A stretch of DNA of 64,000 nucleotides from an uncultured Bacteroidales bacterium. GTDB taxonomy: Bacteria; Bacteroidota; Bacteroidia; Bacteroidales; JAAAOM01. How positions within the stretch are numbered: the stretch's first letter is position 1; every line of letters begins with the position of its first letter. The translations under genes and the position numbers were made by a program. The stretch is taken from assembly GCA_964652315.1 (NCBI GenBank), contig CAZZBU010000001.1, positions 15,221 through 79,220 of the forward strand, given 5' to 3'. Shown piece by piece: positions 17,701 to 25,282 of the stretch. Below the pieces are notes generated by a model. The model made no database searches. It saw only the letters and a program-made list of their open reading frames with translations, and was not told the origin of the DNA.

Positions 17701-18357
17701 CAGGATCCAACCTTCTCTCTTAGTCTTGAACCGGAAATTGTCGACAATACCCTACAGGTGAGTTATTCTATCCGGGCTTTGAGCCAGATGCCGTCTGCAA
17801 ATTATACACTGTATATTGCAGTACTCGAAAACAACCTGTCGTATAGGGTTTCCAGTGATTCAACTGAGTTGTATCAAAGTGTTTTTAGAAAATTTCTCCC
17901 TGATGCAGCAGGTATAAATTTTAAGAATGCATGGCTGTTAGATCAAACCAAACAGGGAAATGTTGTTTGGGATATGAATACCATACACGATAGAAACAAT
18001 ATTGAGCTTGTTGCCTTTTTACAGAATCAAAATACCCGGGAAGTGGTCCAGGTCACTTCCAAAAAAGATTTCTTGTCCTCAACGAACAATCCGGTGTCTG
18101 AGGTTCGAAATCCCTTTGAATTATATCCTAACCCCGCCGGTAACCGGGTTGTAATTGAGTTTTCTGAAATTCAGGAAAAACCTGTTACCATCTATTTTTA
18201 TAGCACTACAGGAACACTTGCTCTCAGCAAGGTCCTAAGTCCGGGAATATCTTCCGCTGAGCTTGATCTGAATAAACTTCCAAAAGGGGTTTATTTTGTC
18301 AGATTCAATCATCCTGCATCAAAGTCAGCTGTGGTTAAGCTAATTAAGTCAGAATAA
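14704..18357 (+). CDS. Large T9SS-secreted surface protein: Ig-like/PKD repeats, MAM/jelly-roll-like domain, Omp28-like domain, type A C-terminal sorting domain
   Basis: 1217 aa with a signal peptide. Three Cys-containing N-terminal modules. Two PKD-like units (WFWTFNDAGSG...NPTHVYSTAGSRSVQLTATTNVGC; YLWEFRHGSS...). C-terminus LYPNPAGNRVVIEF...GVYFVRF...KLIKSE is typical of the Por/T9SS type A CTD. Confidence 0.8.
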   Translation: MILKKHILSLFFLWVGIFLNQSQSFGALDLLGGTVVISGDTTICPGDSANIRLQFTGQPPFDAYITRTSAAYDTLQDIYSTDTIIKVELEGIYRVSDMFDATGSGVSNGSATVNSYNRPSAVLGGSRSICEEDSTQLTVNLSGAAPWNIVLDVNGENLVYSDIEDEIFNMYINQQGVYEVVEVKDSYCYGEASGQFELSHYPKSNATLFGESTICEESSMPLVFLFEGDQPWEVAYEVNGILTDTVHDITQTPFYYNVSQEGTYTINHIKDARGCIGNFSGTAQVTHHEKTDVQITNLNSTYAITHPPVTLTATPSGGEFKGNGVVSSTGTFYPDIAGSLGTSHEIIYYYIDPVTGCLSTDTALVNVIEAAASLILEDEKEVYCFNGDPILLTGANVENTIGKFSISGGKGLVDHNDNTATVYPSQLSGGTYTITYSDNDGSLFSVEKQINVEYLEEIYFIGLTDKNFCANDPPVELTGNQQGGVFMGSGVEVDSTGTFYFNPSNANVGTNTIVYSFTSVNGCTRDTTSDVMVFALPDIDFTVSDSCVDERNPYPVRFLNLTASEQPVTEWFWTFNDAGSGVQNTSTLENPTHVYSTAGSRSVQLTATTNVGCENTGAKTIIFGDKPASSFTVSSECYNSDSAIQFVNTSTSKTEIASYLWEFRHGSSVITSEEENTSQVFPELKNYDIRFITETAAGCKDTSIYSLELKPTIDLSEGPYFQDFELGRGSWNTENELNAQINSWTFGTPDEYFTTAGSSNKAWYTDIGVREMEQSWVKSPCFSFSNSKKPYISFDVWRIFEQTRDGAALQYTTNNGATWSLVGGLNDGINWFNSYQIIGLPGNQSIGWSNIIDNQWVETRHRLDSLIGKSNVQFRIVYGSDGTGLNNQGISFDNIWISERQHQVLIEHFTNINDSAILYSNSLVNNLTRDNKKDVVNIQYHTGFPNIDSFNLVNPVDPSARLLYYGISETPYSVIDGRNTFDYTEGNEPGDNILIQGSLQDPTFSLSLEPEIVDNTLQVSYSIRALSQMPSANYTLYIAVLENNLSYRVSSDSTELYQSVFRKFLPDAAGINFKNAWLLDQTKQGNVVWDMNTIHDRNNIELVAFLQNQNTREVVQVTSKKDFLSSTNNPVSEVRNPFELYPNPAGNRVVIEFSEIQEKPVTIYFYSTTGTLALSKVLSPGISSAELDLNKLPKGVYFVRFNHPASKSAVVKLIKSE
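14797..15588 (+). other. Three tandem ~88-aa Cys-containing Ig-like modules (protein-level repeat)
   Basis: GDTTICPGDSANIRLQFTGQPPFDAYI..., GSRSICEEDSTQLTVNLSGAAPWNIVLDVNGE...DSYCYGEASG and GESTICEESSMPLVFLFEGDQPWEVAYEVNG...DARGCIGNFSG share the same spacing of C, P-W/F and a late C. Confidence 0.6.
18109..18354 (+). other. T9SS type A C-terminal sorting domain
   Basis: NPFELYPNPAGNRVVIEFSE...TIYFYSTTG...LPKGVYFVRFNH...VKLIKSE. Confidence 0.8.
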
Positions 18358-18418
18358 CAGAAAGACATCATTGGAAGCTGAAAATTTATTTATTCATAAG
18401 CTACATGTATTTTCAGGG

Positions 18419-19627
18419 TTAGTTCGTTTCCAGGTGCTTTATAAAATTCTTAGCAAACTGTGTGATTTCACTGAGTTTGTCGTCATTAGGATAAAATTTG
18501 GCGGCGATTCCCTCCTGTACCACATTTAATTTCAGAAGTTTCAAATGACTTTCAATGACACGGACAGCTTCACCGCTCCAGCCATAGGAACCAAAGGAGG
18601 CTGCCGGTTTACCTTTGTCACGTATTGGGTTGATTAATGCAAACATTTTATAAATTGGGAGGAGGGTATTTTGGTTTATTGTGGGAGATCCGATCAAAAT
18701 GGCGTCAGCTCTGATAATTTTAGCTTCCAGATCACCCAATAAAATATGTTCTATATCCACCAGATCCACTGAATATCCGTTCTGATCCTGAATGGCATCA
18801 GCCAGGGTTTTTGCAATTTGTTTGGTATACCCGTATGCCGATACATAGGCAATGAGTATCTTTCTGGATGATCCGTCACCTGCAGATTCCAGGTAGCTTC
18901 TCGAAAGTTCTTCGGTTTTGTTAACAACCGCTTTCCAGGTGCTTCGTAAAATCGGTCCGTGGCCCGGACAAATCATGGATATGTCAAGAGGTTTGATTTT
19001 TTCAATAGCCTTAAGCATAAATCTGCTAAAGGGTTTTAGGATGACATCGTAATAATACTGAAAGGCATCAGAATAATCATCAATTTCGTCATCAAATATC
19101 GCATCACTGCAATAATGAGCACCAAATGAATCGCAGGTAAACAAAAGCTTGTCTTCCGCCAGGTAAGTGTATATGGTATCCGGCCAGTGCAGGTTAGGAG
19201 CACTGATGAACGTTAGTGTTTTATTGCCCAGATTCAGGGTGTCACCATCTTTCACATAGCAAAAGTCAAAGGATTCATTGATAATTTCATTCAGGTAGTT
19301 TATAGCTTGCCGGCTGCCATATACCTTAGCCTGTGGAGCCAGTTTTAACAAGTGTTTCAAGGAGCCTGAATGATCGGGTTCAGTATGGTTTAGGATGATG
19401 TAATCAATATCTTCTGGATTGACAACAGCTTTTACTTTATCAAGGAATTCATCTTTATACTTCTCTTTTGCTGTATCGATGATAACTTTTTTTTCAGCAT
19501 CAATGAAATATGAATTATAGGTAGTACCATATTTGGTTTCCATAACGATGTCAAAAGTTACCAACTCGGTATCTTTGATTCCAATCCATTTTACATCTTT
19601 AGTAAGTGATTCTATCTGCCTGTTCAT
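18419..19627 (-). CDS. fprA: Flavodiiron protein (FprA-type; metallo-beta-lactamase-like domain plus flavodoxin domain)
   Basis: Di-iron motif ILNHTEPDHSG and a C-terminal flavodoxin-like KILIAYVSAYGYT...IGSPTINQN. Start set at ATG 19627 (MNRQIESL) because a TTTG-N18-TAGGTTTG promoter lies between it and the longer-ORF ATG at 19678. Confidence 0.85.
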   Translation of the reverse strand: MNRQIESLTKDVKWIGIKDTELVTFDIVMETKYGTTYNSYFIDAEKKVIIDTAKEKYKDEFLDKVKAVVNPEDIDYIILNHTEPDHSGSLKHLLKLAPQAKVYGSRQAINYLNEIINESFDFCYVKDGDTLNLGNKTLTFISAPNLHWPDTIYTYLAEDKLLFTCDSFGAHYCSDAIFDDEIDDYSDAFQYYYDVILKPFSRFMLKAIEKIKPLDISMICPGHGPILRSTWKAVVNKTEELSRSYLESAGDGSSRKILIAYVSAYGYTKQIAKTLADAIQDQNGYSVDLVDIEHILLGDLEAKIIRADAILIGSPTINQNTLLPIYKMFALINPIRDKGKPAASFGSYGWSGEAVRVIESHLKLLKLNVVQEGIAAKFYPNDDKLSEITQFAKNFIKHLETN

Positions 19628-19639
19628 TATTTTTTTTTT

Positions 19640-19669
19640 CAAACCTACATAATTTTTCTGGGGGGCAAA
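19640..19669 (-). promoter_or_regulatory. Candidate Bacteroidota sigma-A promoter (TTTG-N18-TAGGTTTG)
   Basis: Minus-strand read: TTTGCCCCCCAGAAAAATTATGTAGGTTTG. The -7 box ends 12 nt before ATG 19627. Confidence 0.5.
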
Positions 19670-19680
19670 AACTACCATAT

Positions 19681-19706
19681 AAAAAAAGCTCCCAAAAAGG
19701 AGCTTT
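19681..19706 (-). terminator. Rho-independent terminator downstream of the small 19738-20010 gene
   Basis: Minus-strand RNA reads AAAGCUCC-UUUUUG-GGAGCUUU followed by a U-run. Stems at 19699-19706 and 19685-19692. Confidence 0.7.
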
Positions 19707-19737
19707 CATCAAATAAATTGTGTGACTAAAAGATAAA

Positions 19738-20010
19738 TTATTTGTCACCAGCACAGGCCTGTTTTTTCGCTTCGCATGGCTTTTTTTCGGCACAGCCTTT
19801 ATCAGCCTTTTTTTCGGCTTTTTTGTCACATGCTTTAGCGTCTTTTTTCTCAGCTTTTTTCTTGTCGTCTTTTTTAGGTTCTTCATCAGCTACTTTTACA
19901 ATTGTAGCATCATTCACACTAATATTTGATGCGCTTGCTAAAGGTGAGAAAGCAACAGCTAAAAAGAATACCAAAGACAGAGTTGCAAATAATTTTTTCA
20001 TAACGTTCAT
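19738..20010 (-). CDS. Small secreted Lys-rich protein with four C-terminal cysteines
   Basis: Signal peptide MKKLFATLSLVFFLAVAFSPLASA, then a low-complexity K/E/D/A tail: ...KKDAKACDKKAEKKADKGCAEKKPCEAKKQACAGDK. Has its own terminator. Start 20010 or 20001. Confidence 0.55.
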   Translation of the reverse strand: MNVMKKLFATLSLVFFLAVAFSPLASASNISVNDATIVKVADEEPKKDDKKKAEKKDAKACDKKAEKKADKGCAEKKPCEAKKQACAGDK

Positions 20011-20084
20011 TTTTTTTTTGTTAATTACTGTTTCAAAGGTAATTCAACTTGATATTGCTTGCTGTTAACAAAATGTTAAAGCAA

Positions 20085-20741
20085 TTAAAGATTTGCAAGT
20101 ATTGTTTTCATGGCAACAGACAATTGTCCAATCTCCACATTTATTTTGGTATCCAGTGGTAAGAAGATGTCTACTCTTGAGCCAAATTTAATGAATCCCA
20201 TTTCATTTCCACCAATGACATTGTCCCCCTTCTTGCAGTAGGTTTTTATTCTTCGGGCCACCGCACCGGCTATCTGTCTCATAAGGATTTCCCTTCCTTT
20301 CTTATCTTTAATGACGATGGTACTTCTTTCATTCAACTCAGATGATTTGGGGAGCCAGGCTACAAGGTATTTGCCAGGATGATATTTTGTATAAATGACC
20401 TGGCCACTCACAGGAAAAGTGTTTTGATGCATATTAAGCGGGCTCATGAAAATGGATATTTGTAACCTGCGATCATGAAAGTATTCTGTTTCATCGGTTT
20501 CTTCAATGGTCACAATGATACCATCTGCAGGCGACAGGATTGCATCCGGATCTTCGGTTGGAAGTTCACGTGAAGGTACTCTGAAAAACCAAATAATAAA
20601 TCCCCAGAAAAAAACAGAAACGACTGAAAATATTATGGTTATCATATTGGAAAGACTTATCTGCCAGATTGTGAGATTTAACAATACAAGGGCAAGAAAA
20701 AATGATATAATTAATTGATAACCTTCACGATGTAATTTCAT
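20085..20741 (-). CDS. psd: Phosphatidylserine decarboxylase proenzyme
   Basis: 218 aa with an N-terminal TM region and self-cleavage-site region GFIKFGSRVDIFLP. Confidence 0.85.
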   Translation of the reverse strand: MKLHREGYQLIISFFLALVLLNLTIWQISLSNMITIIFSVVSVFFWGFIIWFFRVPSRELPTEDPDAILSPADGIIVTIEETDETEYFHDRRLQISIFMSPLNMHQNTFPVSGQVIYTKYHPGKYLVAWLPKSSELNERSTIVIKDKKGREILMRQIAGAVARRIKTYCKKGDNVIGGNEMGFIKFGSRVDIFLPLDTKINVEIGQLSVAMKTILANL

Positions 20742-20779
20742 GATATATTATGATATAATTAGATTCAAATAATTTTAAT

Positions 20780-21589
20780 TTACATAAAAAAATCAAAAAA
20801 CAGGTATGTTACCGGTATGGCAAACAGTGCTGAATCAACTCGGTCGAGGATGCCGCCATGCCCTGGAAGTATGTTACCTGAATCTTTCACTCCTGCCTGT
20901 CTTTTCAGCATGGATTCAAACAAATCACCCAAAGATGAAAAAACAGCAATTACGATACTGTATAATATCCAAAATGAATGCGTTCCGTGGCCTGTAAAAA
21001 CATGGATTAAGAATCCGGCAAGACCACTGAAAACAACACCCCCAATAAAACCTTCCCATGACTTCTTGGGAGATATGCGGGGATATAATTTATGCCTTCC
21101 CAGGAGTATTCCGATAACATATGCCATAATATCGTTTACCCATATAATTAAAAACATGCAGAGTACGATAAATCCGGAGAATTCCCCATTCTGGAAAATA
21201 AGGTATGGCGCCAGTGAGAAGGGAAGTACAATATATAAAAAACCCAGGGCATCATGATGGAGAAAAGAACGTGTGCCATTTTCAGGCCAAAAAATATGGT
21301 AAATCAGTAGAAGCATTACTGCTACCATGATCAAAGTTACAGACTCAGGGCGGATAATACCGGCAGCCTTAAGATACGACATGATAAAAAAACCTGTGAA
21401 TAATATTGGCAGTACAAGATTTGCCGGCTTTACATGCTCATGGATTTTTATGGCTGCAAATTCAAGAGTGGCAAGCACTCCCAGCATTAGGAATACGGAT
21501 ACAAAAATAAGTTCGTGGACCAATAAACTTCCTAAAATAAGGAGTACATATATTGTGCCGCTTACACTTCTTTGAATCAGGGTTTTCAA
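20780..21589 (-). CDS. cdsA: Phosphatidate cytidylyltransferase
   Basis: Multi-TM protein with signature SMLKRQAGVKDSGNILPGHGGILDRVDS. Apparent TTG start overlaps the upstream stop (TTGA). Confidence 0.88.
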   Translation of the reverse strand: MKTLIQRSVSGTIYVLLILGSLLVHELIFVSVFLMLGVLATLEFAAIKIHEHVKPANLVLPILFTGFFIMSYLKAAGIIRPESVTLIMVAVMLLLIYHIFWPENGTRSFLHHDALGFLYIVLPFSLAPYLIFQNGEFSGFIVLCMFLIIWVNDIMAYVIGILLGRHKLYPRISPKKSWEGFIGGVVFSGLAGFLIHVFTGHGTHSFWILYSIVIAVFSSLGDLFESMLKRQAGVKDSGNILPGHGGILDRVDSALFAIPVTYLFFDFFM

Positions 21590-21795
21590 GCTTCCAGATC
21601 TTTTAAATATTGTTTGGCCCGAATGACATCATCCTGTTTAACATGCACCTCTATATCTCCAAAAGTAGTATAGGATGAATCGCGTTTATTGACCATAACT
21701 CCAATTATTCCTTTATCTCTTAATACCTGAACAGCTATTTCTGCCTGATGGGCAAAAATAGTTGAATAAACACTTATCCATCGATCTTTCCCCAT
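21586..21795 (-). CDS. Small DUF2007-like protein (putative signal-transducing fold)
   Basis: 69-aa ORF placed between ftsH and cdsA with a 4-nt overlap. The sequence WISVYSTIFAHQAEIAVQVLRDKGI resembles the DUF2007 family. Confidence 0.6.
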   Translation of the reverse strand: MGKDRWISVYSTIFAHQAEIAVQVLRDKGIIGVMVNKRDSSYTTFGDIEVHVKQDDVIRAKQYLKDLEA

Positions 21796-21805
21796 TTTTC
21801 GGATG

Positions 21806-24001
21806 TCAGGCTTCTTTTTCTTCCTTTTGTTTTTTACGGGTTTTCACATCGCCCTTTTCATCTTTTCCTTCTGGTGTTTCTCGTTTCATGGAAGTCCCGT
21901 CTGGCCTTTTTTTCGCTGGTTTATCCTTTAGGCCTTCTTCCTTGACCTTAGCTGATGTTTTTGGTGAATTTTTTCGATCGGCTTTTGCAGGTTTAACCAA
22001 ATCTTCACTCTTTTTACGTTCACCAAAAATGTTCACCAAATCTTCCGTGAATATTACCTCTTTTTCAAGCAGGATCTCAGCCAGTTGAGTTAACCCTTTT
22101 TTGTTTTTGGCAAGTAGATCTTTGGCCCGCTTAAACTGTTGGTCGATGATGCTTTTTACTTCAGCATCAATTAATTCGGCAGTTTTTTCGCTATAGGGCT
22201 TTTGAAATGAATATTCATTCTGCCCGGTAGAGTCGTAAAAGCTGATATTGCCAAGTTTCTCGCTCAGGCCGTAATAACTAATCATGGCGTAAGCCTGTTT
22301 CGTAATTTTTTCAAGGTCGTTGAGTGCTCCTGTGGATGATTTTCCAAAAACAAGTTCTTCTGATGCTCGTCCTCCAAGAGCCGAACACATCTCATCTAGC
22401 AATTGCTCCTTCGTTGTAATTTGTCTTTCCTCAGGCAAATACCAGGCTGCTCCCAGTGCTTTTCCACGAGGGATGATGGTTACTTTGACCAAAGGATTGG
22501 CATGTTCGAGCAGCCAACTAACTGTAGCATGCCCCGCTTCATGATAGGCAATGGTCTTTTTCTCCTGGAATGTAATGATTTTATTCTTCTTTTCCAGTCC
22601 ACCGATAATCCTGTCAATTGCATCCAGAAAGTCTTGTCGTTCAACAGCTTTTTTATCTTTTCGAGCAGCTATCAATGCAGCTTCGTTACATACATTGGCT
22701 ATATCGGCGCCTGAAAATCCCGGCGTTTGTTTAGCCATAAAATCAAAATCCACATCTTTAGAAGCTTTGATGGGCTTCATGTGCACCTTAAAAATTTCTT
22801 TTCGTTCGTTTAAATCGGGCAGTTCTACATGAATCTGTCTGTCAAACCGTCCGGCCCGCAACAACGCACGGTCAAGAATATCGGCCCTGTTGGTAGCAGC
22901 CAGGATGATCACACCGCTGTTGTTGCCAAAACCATCCATTTCGGTAAGCAACTGGTTCAATGTGTTTTCTCTTTCATCATTTGCGCCCATATTTGGGTTT
23001 TTGCCACGTGCACGGCCAATTGCATCAATCTCATCGATAAATACAATACAGGGTGCCTTTTCTTTAGCCTGTTTAAATAAGTCGCGTACACGTGAAGCGC
23101 CCACACCCACAAACATTTCTACAAAGTCGGAACCGGACATGCTGAAAAAGGGCACATGTGCTTCTCCTGCCACTGCTTTTGCCAGCAATGTTTTTCCTGT
23201 TCCCGGAGGGCCTACAAGCAATGCCCCTTTAGGGATTTTACCACCCAAATCTGTATATTTTTTTGGATTCTTAAGGAATTCAACTATTTCTTTGATTTCT
23301 ATTTTAGCCTCGTCCAGCCCGGCTACGTCAGTAAAATCAACCTTTATATTGGCTTCTTTATCAAATAGTTTTGCTTTGGATTTTCCCACATTGAAAATAT
23401 TGGCACCACCTGCACCACCACCTGCGCCACCGCTCATTCTGCGGAATATGAAAATCCAGATGGCAGCAAGAATCAGAAATGGGAAAATCCAGCTCAGAAT
23501 ATTGCCCAATACATCCGGTCTGGTTTCGCTATCGGCATAGATAATATCATCTTCCGGCATTCCTTCCTGAGCTTCAGCAAGACGCTCCTCAAAAGTTTCC
23601 ACAGCAGCAATGCTAAAGACATATTGAGGCCCTGTTTTTTGTGCACCACCGATTCCGGTTCCTTTCTCCCTAAGATCATCATATTTTTCCTGATCAAGCC
23701 GATCTGGTTTGATGTAAACCTCAACAAGTTCTTTATTGACAACCACAACCTTTCTGACATCTCCTGGTTTCAGCATCTGGTTTTTGAACCTGTTTTCATT
23801 GATTTCAATGGGTTTATTGCCCATGCTGAAAAACTGAATAGAAAAAATTCCCAGAATGATCAAGCCATAAAGCCAGTAAACATTGAATTTTGGTTTATTA
23901 TTTTGTAGCCCGCCGTTTCCATTCTTCTTATCCGGACCAGCGTTGTTTCCCGGTGTTTTTTTATACTTTTTATTTTGCTCCATTCTTAATATTTCCTCCA
24001 A
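21806..24001 (-). CDS. ftsH: ATP-dependent zinc metalloprotease FtsH
   Basis: Walker A GPPGTGKTL, second region of homology, zinc site HEAGHA, N-terminal TM helices. Carries a ~70-aa Lys-rich C-terminal tail. Start may be the internal MEQNKK. Confidence 0.93.
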   Translation of the reverse strand: MEEILRMEQNKKYKKTPGNNAGPDKKNGNGGLQNNKPKFNVYWLYGLIILGIFSIQFFSMGNKPIEINENRFKNQMLKPGDVRKVVVVNKELVEVYIKPDRLDQEKYDDLREKGTGIGGAQKTGPQYVFSIAAVETFEERLAEAQEGMPEDDIIYADSETRPDVLGNILSWIFPFLILAAIWIFIFRRMSGGAGGGAGGANIFNVGKSKAKLFDKEANIKVDFTDVAGLDEAKIEIKEIVEFLKNPKKYTDLGGKIPKGALLVGPPGTGKTLLAKAVAGEAHVPFFSMSGSDFVEMFVGVGASRVRDLFKQAKEKAPCIVFIDEIDAIGRARGKNPNMGANDERENTLNQLLTEMDGFGNNSGVIILAATNRADILDRALLRAGRFDRQIHVELPDLNERKEIFKVHMKPIKASKDVDFDFMAKQTPGFSGADIANVCNEAALIAARKDKKAVERQDFLDAIDRIIGGLEKKNKIITFQEKKTIAYHEAGHATVSWLLEHANPLVKVTIIPRGKALGAAWYLPEERQITTKEQLLDEMCSALGGRASEELVFGKSSTGALNDLEKITKQAYAMISYYGLSEKLGNISFYDSTGQNEYSFQKPYSEKTAELIDAEVKSIIDQQFKRAKDLLAKNKKGLTQLAEILLEKEVIFTEDLVNIFGERKKSEDLVKPAKADRKNSPKTSAKVKEEGLKDKPAKKRPDGTSMKRETPEGKDEKGDVKTRKKQKEEKEA

Positions 24002-24004
24002 AGC

Positions 24005-24379
24005 TTAATAATCCACTTCAATGTGTTCAACATGAGCATCAGCCCAAAGATCTTCCAGTTTGTAAAAATCACGGTATTCTTTTTGGAAAATATGCACGAC
24101 AGTATCGAAATAATCCAAAAGGATCCAATGACAATTTCCGTATCCTTCTTTATGCCATGTTTTTTGGTTAAGCTCCTCAATCACTTTTCCCTCAACCGAG
24201 TCGGCGATGGCATTTACCTGGGTGTTTGAGTCACCATGACAGATTATGAAATTTTGGCAGATCGCATTCTGGACTTTTTTTAAATCCACATTAATAATAC
24301 CCTTGCCTTTCTTATCCTGAATTCCTTCTAATATTGTATGTATAAGTTCTTTATTATTAATCTTTTTTTCTTTATTCAT
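24005..24379 (-). CDS. rsfS: Ribosome silencing factor RsfS (iojap family)
   Basis: 124 aa with ...NFIICHGDSNTQVNAIADSV...EGYGNCHWILLDYFDTVVHIF. Lies immediately upstream of ftsH. Confidence 0.85.
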   Translation of the reverse strand: MNKEKKINNKELIHTILEGIQDKKGKGIINVDLKKVQNAICQNFIICHGDSNTQVNAIADSVEGKVIEELNQKTWHKEGYGNCHWILLDYFDTVVHIFQKEYRDFYKLEDLWADAHVEHIEVDY

Positions 24380-24526
24380 CCAATTCCTTTAGTCACAAAT
24401 GTAATCAATTTTTAATCATTTACGCTCAGATATTTACCTTTGCTGTAAATGTTATTACCTTTAATCGTGGTCTGGGTTCCTGAAAAACACAAAACCGATT
24501 ATATTGTTTCAATTATTGTACCAGAT

Positions 24527-25282
24527 ATGACAGAAACGGATAGAATACCATATTTTCCTGAATATTATGAGGTTGTACCATCTACCAATGTTCTTGCAGC
24601 CCAGTTTGTAAAAGATGATCCACCCGGTTGGACGGTTATTTGGACTGGATTTCAGGAAGAAGGTAAAGGGCAGCAGGGAAACCGTTGGGAAAGTAATTCT
24701 GGTGAGAATTTGCTTGCCAGCTGGATTCTGTATCCCCGTTTTCTTGAGCCAAGACAACAGTTTTCACTTTCGGTGATTAATTCTCTCGCCATCATTGATT
24801 TACTAAATGAGTTTGGTGTTCAGGGAAGAATAAAATGGCCAAATGATATTTTTACAGGCAATAAAAAAATAGCCGGGATGCTTATAGAAAACAGCATTGA
24901 AGGATCTTATCTTTTATACAGTGTTATAGGTACAGGATTGAACGTGAATCAAACCGCTTTTTCAAAACAGCTTCCCAACCCGGTATCCCTTAAAAGTATT
25001 ACAGGCGAAACATACAGGATTGAAGAGATCCTTTATAAACTCCATGTTTGCCTTTTTGAAAGGTGGGAGAGGCTAAGGACTTTTGGTGTTGAACAATTGA
25101 TGGATGAATATATTTCATCCTTATATTTGCTTAACTCCATTCATCAGTTTAAAGATGATTCAGGTTTTTTTCTGGCCAGGATTATGACTGTTGAGCCAAG
25201 CGGATTGCTTGTACTGGAGGATGAAAACAGTCAAATCAGAAAGTATGCCTTCAAAGAAGTGTCCTTTCCGGAGTTAAGGTGA
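24527..25282 (+). CDS. birA: Biotin--[acetyl-CoA-carboxylase] ligase
   Basis: Motif QEEGKGQQGNRWES (GRGRxGRxW type) and KWPNDI. Start uncertain: ATG 24449 gives the longest ORF, but a TACCTTTG box at 24435-24442 favours the internal ATG 24527 (MTETDRIPYF). Confidence 0.8.
   Translation: MTETDRIPYFPEYYEVVPSTNVLAAQFVKDDPPGWTVIWTGFQEEGKGQQGNRWESNSGENLLASWILYPRFLEPRQQFSLSVINSLAIIDLLNEFGVQGRIKWPNDIFTGNKKIAGMLIENSIEGSYLLYSVIGTGLNVNQTAFSKQLPNPVSLKSITGETYRIEEILYKLHVCLFERWERLRTFGVEQLMDEYISSLYLLNSIHQFKDDSGFFLARIMTVEPSGLLVLEDENSQIRKYAFKEVSFPELR

Noticed and set aside
18370-18416. Inverted repeat CTGAAAAT...ATTTTCAG between the convergent T9SS cargo and fprA genes, as a bidirectional terminator.
   Set aside because: The stem is 8 bp and A/T-rich, the loop is ~24 nt, and there is no U-tract. 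This is too weak to call.
19742-20068. 108-aa plus-strand ORF mirroring the small Lys-rich gene.
   Set aside because: It is an artefact of the A/T-run low-complexity DNA, since poly-Lys codons read as poly-Phe on the other strand. The minus-strand ORF has a proper signal peptide and terminator.
22890-23540. 216-aa plus-strand ORF, and several other 60-150-aa ORFs, inside and antisense to ftsH. Similar cases: 35481-36215 antisense to the GNAT-like gene, 40478-40909 antisense to dnaJ, 20817-21257 antisense to cdsA, and 30806-31521 antisense to lon.
   Set aside because: These are shadow ORFs fully embedded in strongly supported genes. Their translations are low-complexity or Ser/Pro/Ala-rich with no recognisable motifs.
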